Of a stretch of 64,000 bases of DNA, positions 61,059-64,000 are shown in pieces. The stretch is taken from assembly GCA_040904565.1 (NCBI GenBank), contig JBBDTI010000013.1, positions 1-64,000 of the forward strand. Direction: 5' to 3'. The translations under genes and the position numbers were made by a program. This stretch comes from Rhodothermales bacterium. Lineage in GTDB: Bacteria > Bacteroidota > Rhodothermia > Rhodothermales > VXPQ01. The notes under the pieces were generated by a model. The model searched no databases and was not told where the DNA came from. It was given only the letters and a program-made list of their open reading frames with translations. The stretch's first letter is position 1; every line of letters begins with the position of its first letter.

Positions 61059-62036
61059 ATGTCTGAACGCTCACCTGCCCGGCAGGGCTTGACCGGAATT
61101 GGCCTCGCCGACCCGCGGCGGCGGGCGGTGGCGGTCAGCGTCGCCGCGGCGTTTCTCATGCTCGGAGGCAAGCTGACGGCCTACGTGCTGACGGGCAGTG
61201 CGGCGATCTTTTCGGACGCGATGGAATCGGTCGTCCACCTTCTGGCCACGATATTTGTAGGATTCAGTCTCTGGTATTCGTTCCAGCCGCCGGATACGGG
61301 TCACCCGTACGGACACGGGAAGATCGCATATTTCTCGTCGGGATTCGAGGGCGCGCTGATTCTGATCGCGGGAATCGCGATCGTGGTGACCGCGGTCGAT
61401 GATCTCATCCGTGGGCCGAGCTTGAGCCGCCTCGATCTCGGTCTGGCGATGATCGGCGCGCTCGCGGTGGTGAACCTGTTGCTTGGCGTCTATCTGATTC
61501 GGACGGGTAAGCGGTACAATAACCTCGTGCTGATTTCGAACGGGGAGCACGTGCTCACGGACATGTGGACGAGCTTCGGCGTGCTGTTGGGCATCCTTCT
61601 CGTACGGCTAACCGGACTCTCGTGGCTCGATCCTGCCGTGGCCATCGTGGTCGCCGTCAACATCATGTTTGCCGGCGGCCGGCTCGTCAGGCAGTCCGTC
61701 AGAGGCCTGATGGAGCGAGCCGATGATGGCTATACCCGATCGATCCTCGACGTGCTGGAGACCGCGCGGCAGGAAGGAATTATCTCGAACTACCATCAGG
61801 TGCGTCATCGCCGGGTTCACGACCAGCTATGGGTCGAGTACCATCTTCTGTTTCCCGTGGATCTCTCCATTACCAGGGCGCACGATCTCTCACACCTCGT
61901 CGAGGATCGGATCGCCGCGGGGTTCGACGACGATGTATACGTGACCGCTCACCTTGAGCCCGACCATCACGACGACGCGCATCCGGATGGACACGCCGAG
62001 CCCATCGACCCGCTCCGAAACGTGGATCTGCGCTAG
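61059..62036 (+). CDS. Cation diffusion facilitator family transporter
   Basis: SAAIFSDAMES, PPD..HPYGHGK, H..TD..TS, DP, AHDLSH..E, HLEP. Confidence 0.92.
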   Translation: MSERSPARQGLTGIGLADPRRRAVAVSVAAAFLMLGGKLTAYVLTGSAAIFSDAMESVVHLLATIFVGFSLWYSFQPPDTGHPYGHGKIAYFSSGFEGALILIAGIAIVVTAVDDLIRGPSLSRLDLGLAMIGALAVVNLLLGVYLIRTGKRYNNLVLISNGEHVLTDMWTSFGVLLGILLVRLTGLSWLDPAVAIVVAVNIMFAGGRLVRQSVRGLMERADDGYTRSILDVLETARQEGIISNYHQVRHRRVHDQLWVEYHLLFPVDLSITRAHDLSHLVEDRIAAGFDDDVYVTAHLEPDHHDDAHPDGHAEPIDPLRNVDLR

Positions 62037-62196
62037 CCGGTATGGCGGATCGGCGGTATCCAGCTATGGAGCCTACGTATAGTACGTACCGGGCGCGCCC
62101 TCGAAGCGTACGTTGTTGGTTCGATGTCATCGTACAGCAGCCTGCAGCGGCCATCTTACGTTAGGAAAGCCAGAAGAACATTCAGACACCTGAGAT

Positions 62197-63546
62197 ATGA
62201 GCAAGGAGACCCCAGGAGACGCGGACGTATCTGAAGCTAGAGAGGCGGCCTTTGCCCGTCTGATGCGGATCGAGGGGAGCGGGGCGTTCATCGGGCTCGA
62301 CGACGATGAGATGGCGACGGGCGGTCGGTTGCAGAGACAGTCGATGGAATACGTCGCCGGCATCACGCGATGGCGTCGCTGGCTCGATTACCTGCTGGCG
62401 AGGTATTACAACGGTGAATACGACGACATGGAGCTCGGCCTGAAGGTCGTGCTGCGCATCGGACTGTACGACATCCTTTTTCTCCACACGCCGGAGTATG
62501 CCGCCGTAAACGAGGCGGTCGGCCTAGCCAAGCGAAAGATTCGTCGCGGGGCGGGCGGGCTCGTCAATGGCATGCTCCGAAGCGTACTCCGCGACCGGGA
62601 GGAGCTGCCGGCACCCGATACGGACGACGCGGCCGACGATCTGGCGATCCGGTATTCTCATCCGACGTGGATGGTCAGGCGCTGGCTCAAGCGATACGGT
62701 GGGAATGAGGCGGAGGCCTTGCTGCGCTGGAACAACGCGCGACCGGTCTACGGCGTGCGTGTGAACACGCTCAAGATAGACGTGGACGCCTTCCTGGCGC
62801 GGCTCGACGAGGTTGAGGCCGCGTGGGAGGCGGGGGTCTATCTGCCAACGTTCGTTCGGATGCCGAGCGTGCAGCCTCTTCTCGAACACCGTTTCCTGAA
62901 AGAAGGGCTTTGCGCCGTACAGGATGAGAGTGCAGGGCTGACCGTGGCGCTGCTCGATCCGCAGCCCGGCGAGCGCGTCGCGGACCTGTGTGCTGCACCG
63001 GGAGGTAAGGCCCTGTATGCCGCGCAGCGGATGCAGGACCGGGGAGCGGTCGCGGCGGTCGACGTACACGAGGGACGCCTTCGTCTGGCCGGACATTCGG
63101 CGCGCGACCATGGGATCGGCATCATGCAGACGGTCGTATCGGATGCCCGCACGTTCTCAGATGGGTGGACGGGCACGACGGATCGCGTGCTCGTCGACGC
63201 TCCATGTTCCGGTCTTGGCGTGATGTCGAAGCGCGCCGATTTGCGGTGGCGCCGGAGCCCGGGTGACATCGACGATTTGACGCGCCTTCAGGACGAAATA
63301 CTCGATGCGGCGGCTGGACTCGTGCGCCCCGGCGGCGTCCTTGTTTACGGTACGTGCACGATCGAGCCTGACGAGAACGAGCGTCGTGTAGAAGCCTTTC
63401 TGAAGCGGCACACGCATTTCGAACTCGCGGATGCCGCGGAATGGCTGCCCAATGACGTCGTGTCGCCGGAGGGCTACTATGCGTCATTCCCACCGAAACA
63501 TCAGATGGACGGCGCGTTTGCAGCCCGGCTGCATCGCGTGTCGTAA
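62197..63546 (+). CDS. rsmB: 16S rRNA m5C967 methyltransferase
   Basis: NusB-like N-terminus, YSHPTW, VQDE, DLCAAPGGK, DAPCSG.G, YGTCTI..ENE, DGAF. Confidence 0.93.
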   Translation: MSKETPGDADVSEAREAAFARLMRIEGSGAFIGLDDDEMATGGRLQRQSMEYVAGITRWRRWLDYLLARYYNGEYDDMELGLKVVLRIGLYDILFLHTPEYAAVNEAVGLAKRKIRRGAGGLVNGMLRSVLRDREELPAPDTDDAADDLAIRYSHPTWMVRRWLKRYGGNEAEALLRWNNARPVYGVRVNTLKIDVDAFLARLDEVEAAWEAGVYLPTFVRMPSVQPLLEHRFLKEGLCAVQDESAGLTVALLDPQPGERVADLCAAPGGKALYAAQRMQDRGAVAAVDVHEGRLRLAGHSARDHGIGIMQTVVSDARTFSDGWTGTTDRVLVDAPCSGLGVMSKRADLRWRRSPGDIDDLTRLQDEILDAAAGLVRPGGVLVYGTCTIEPDENERRVEAFLKRHTHFELADAAEWLPNDVVSPEGYYASFPPKHQMDGAFAARLHRVS

Positions 63547-63580
63547 GATTATCGCGTGCTGCATCGCATGTCGTAAGATT
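63528..63580. repeat. 23-bp direct repeat (1 mismatch) duplicating the rsmB 3' end
   Basis: GCTGCATCGCGTGTCGTAAGATT (63528-63550) and GCTGCATCGCATGTCGTAAGATT (63558-63580). Confidence 0.8.
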
Positions 63581-63594
63581 TCGGCGAAACGTCG

Positions 63595-63999
63595 CTAGAC
63601 GCCGGGCACCTCGTCTCCGAGCTTCTGCAGCACGAAGAATTTGAGATAGTGCGTTTCGGGCATCGTCGGCAGCACCGGATGATCGGCCGGCTGATAGCCG
63701 CGGTACAGCGTGCGCGTGCGCGATCCGCTGCGCCGCACACTGTATTCCACGGCCTTGAGGAAGTCGGCCTCGTCAACGGCCTGCGAACAGGAGGACGTGG
63801 CCAGTATGCCGCCGGGAGAGAGCATCTGCATGGCCGTAATATTGATACGCTGATATGCTTTCATGGCCTGATCGACCTGGCGTCGGCTCTTCGCGAATCC
63901 GGGTGGATCCAGGATAATGAGATCGTAGGTCTTGCCTGCTTCGGCCATCTCACCAAGTTGTTCGAGCGCATCCGCTTCGATGAATGACATCCTGTCGGC
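63595..63999 (-). CDS. RlmI-like class I SAM-dependent rRNA methyltransferase (5'-truncated by window edge)
   Basis: YDLIILDPPGFAKS, GGILATSSCS, QPADHP, PETHYLK. Confidence 0.88.
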   Translation of the reverse strand, partial: ADRMSFIEADALEQLGEMAEAGKTYDLIILDPPGFAKSRRQVDQAMKAYQRINITAMQMLSPGGILATSSCSQAVDEADFLKAVEYSVRRSGSRTRTLYRGYQPADHPVLPTMPETHYLKFFVLQKLGDEVPGV

Positions 64000-64000
64000 A

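Overview
A GC-rich bacterial chromosomal segment made up mostly of housekeeping and metabolic genes. The gene set and protein styles suggest the Bacteroidota-Chlorobiota-Rhodothermota group, most likely Rhodothermota. This is an inference from rpoB/rpoC style, an Hc1-like protein, DUF3078 and a DUF5103 T9SS plug. The window runs from the 3' part of rpoB through rpoC, pepT, a fatty-acid beta-oxidation operon, hemY, an acyl-CoA carboxylase beta subunit, a cytochrome c, a BtuF/BtuC-like pair, a sigma-54 response regulator, deoC, dapD, ppgK, dnaG, ppk1, dnaE, spmA/B, uvrC and rsmB to a partial RlmI-like methyltransferase. I saw no rRNA, tRNA, CRISPR array, integrase or transposase. The most notable items are: (1) a form IV RuBisCO-like protein plus cupin pair resembling the Rhodospirillum rubrum MTA-isoprenoid shunt; (2) a DeoC with an N-terminal extension resembling a microcompartment encapsulation peptide; (3) an envelope cluster joining a membrane-anchored gluzincin, a T9SS plug protein and an M14 peptidase; (4) a divergent lytic transglycosylase and a probable pseudo-kinase; (5) a 47-aa lipoprotein upstream of dnaG that the ORF track missed, plus several non-coding structures. 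All product calls come from motif recognition by eye; no database searches were run.
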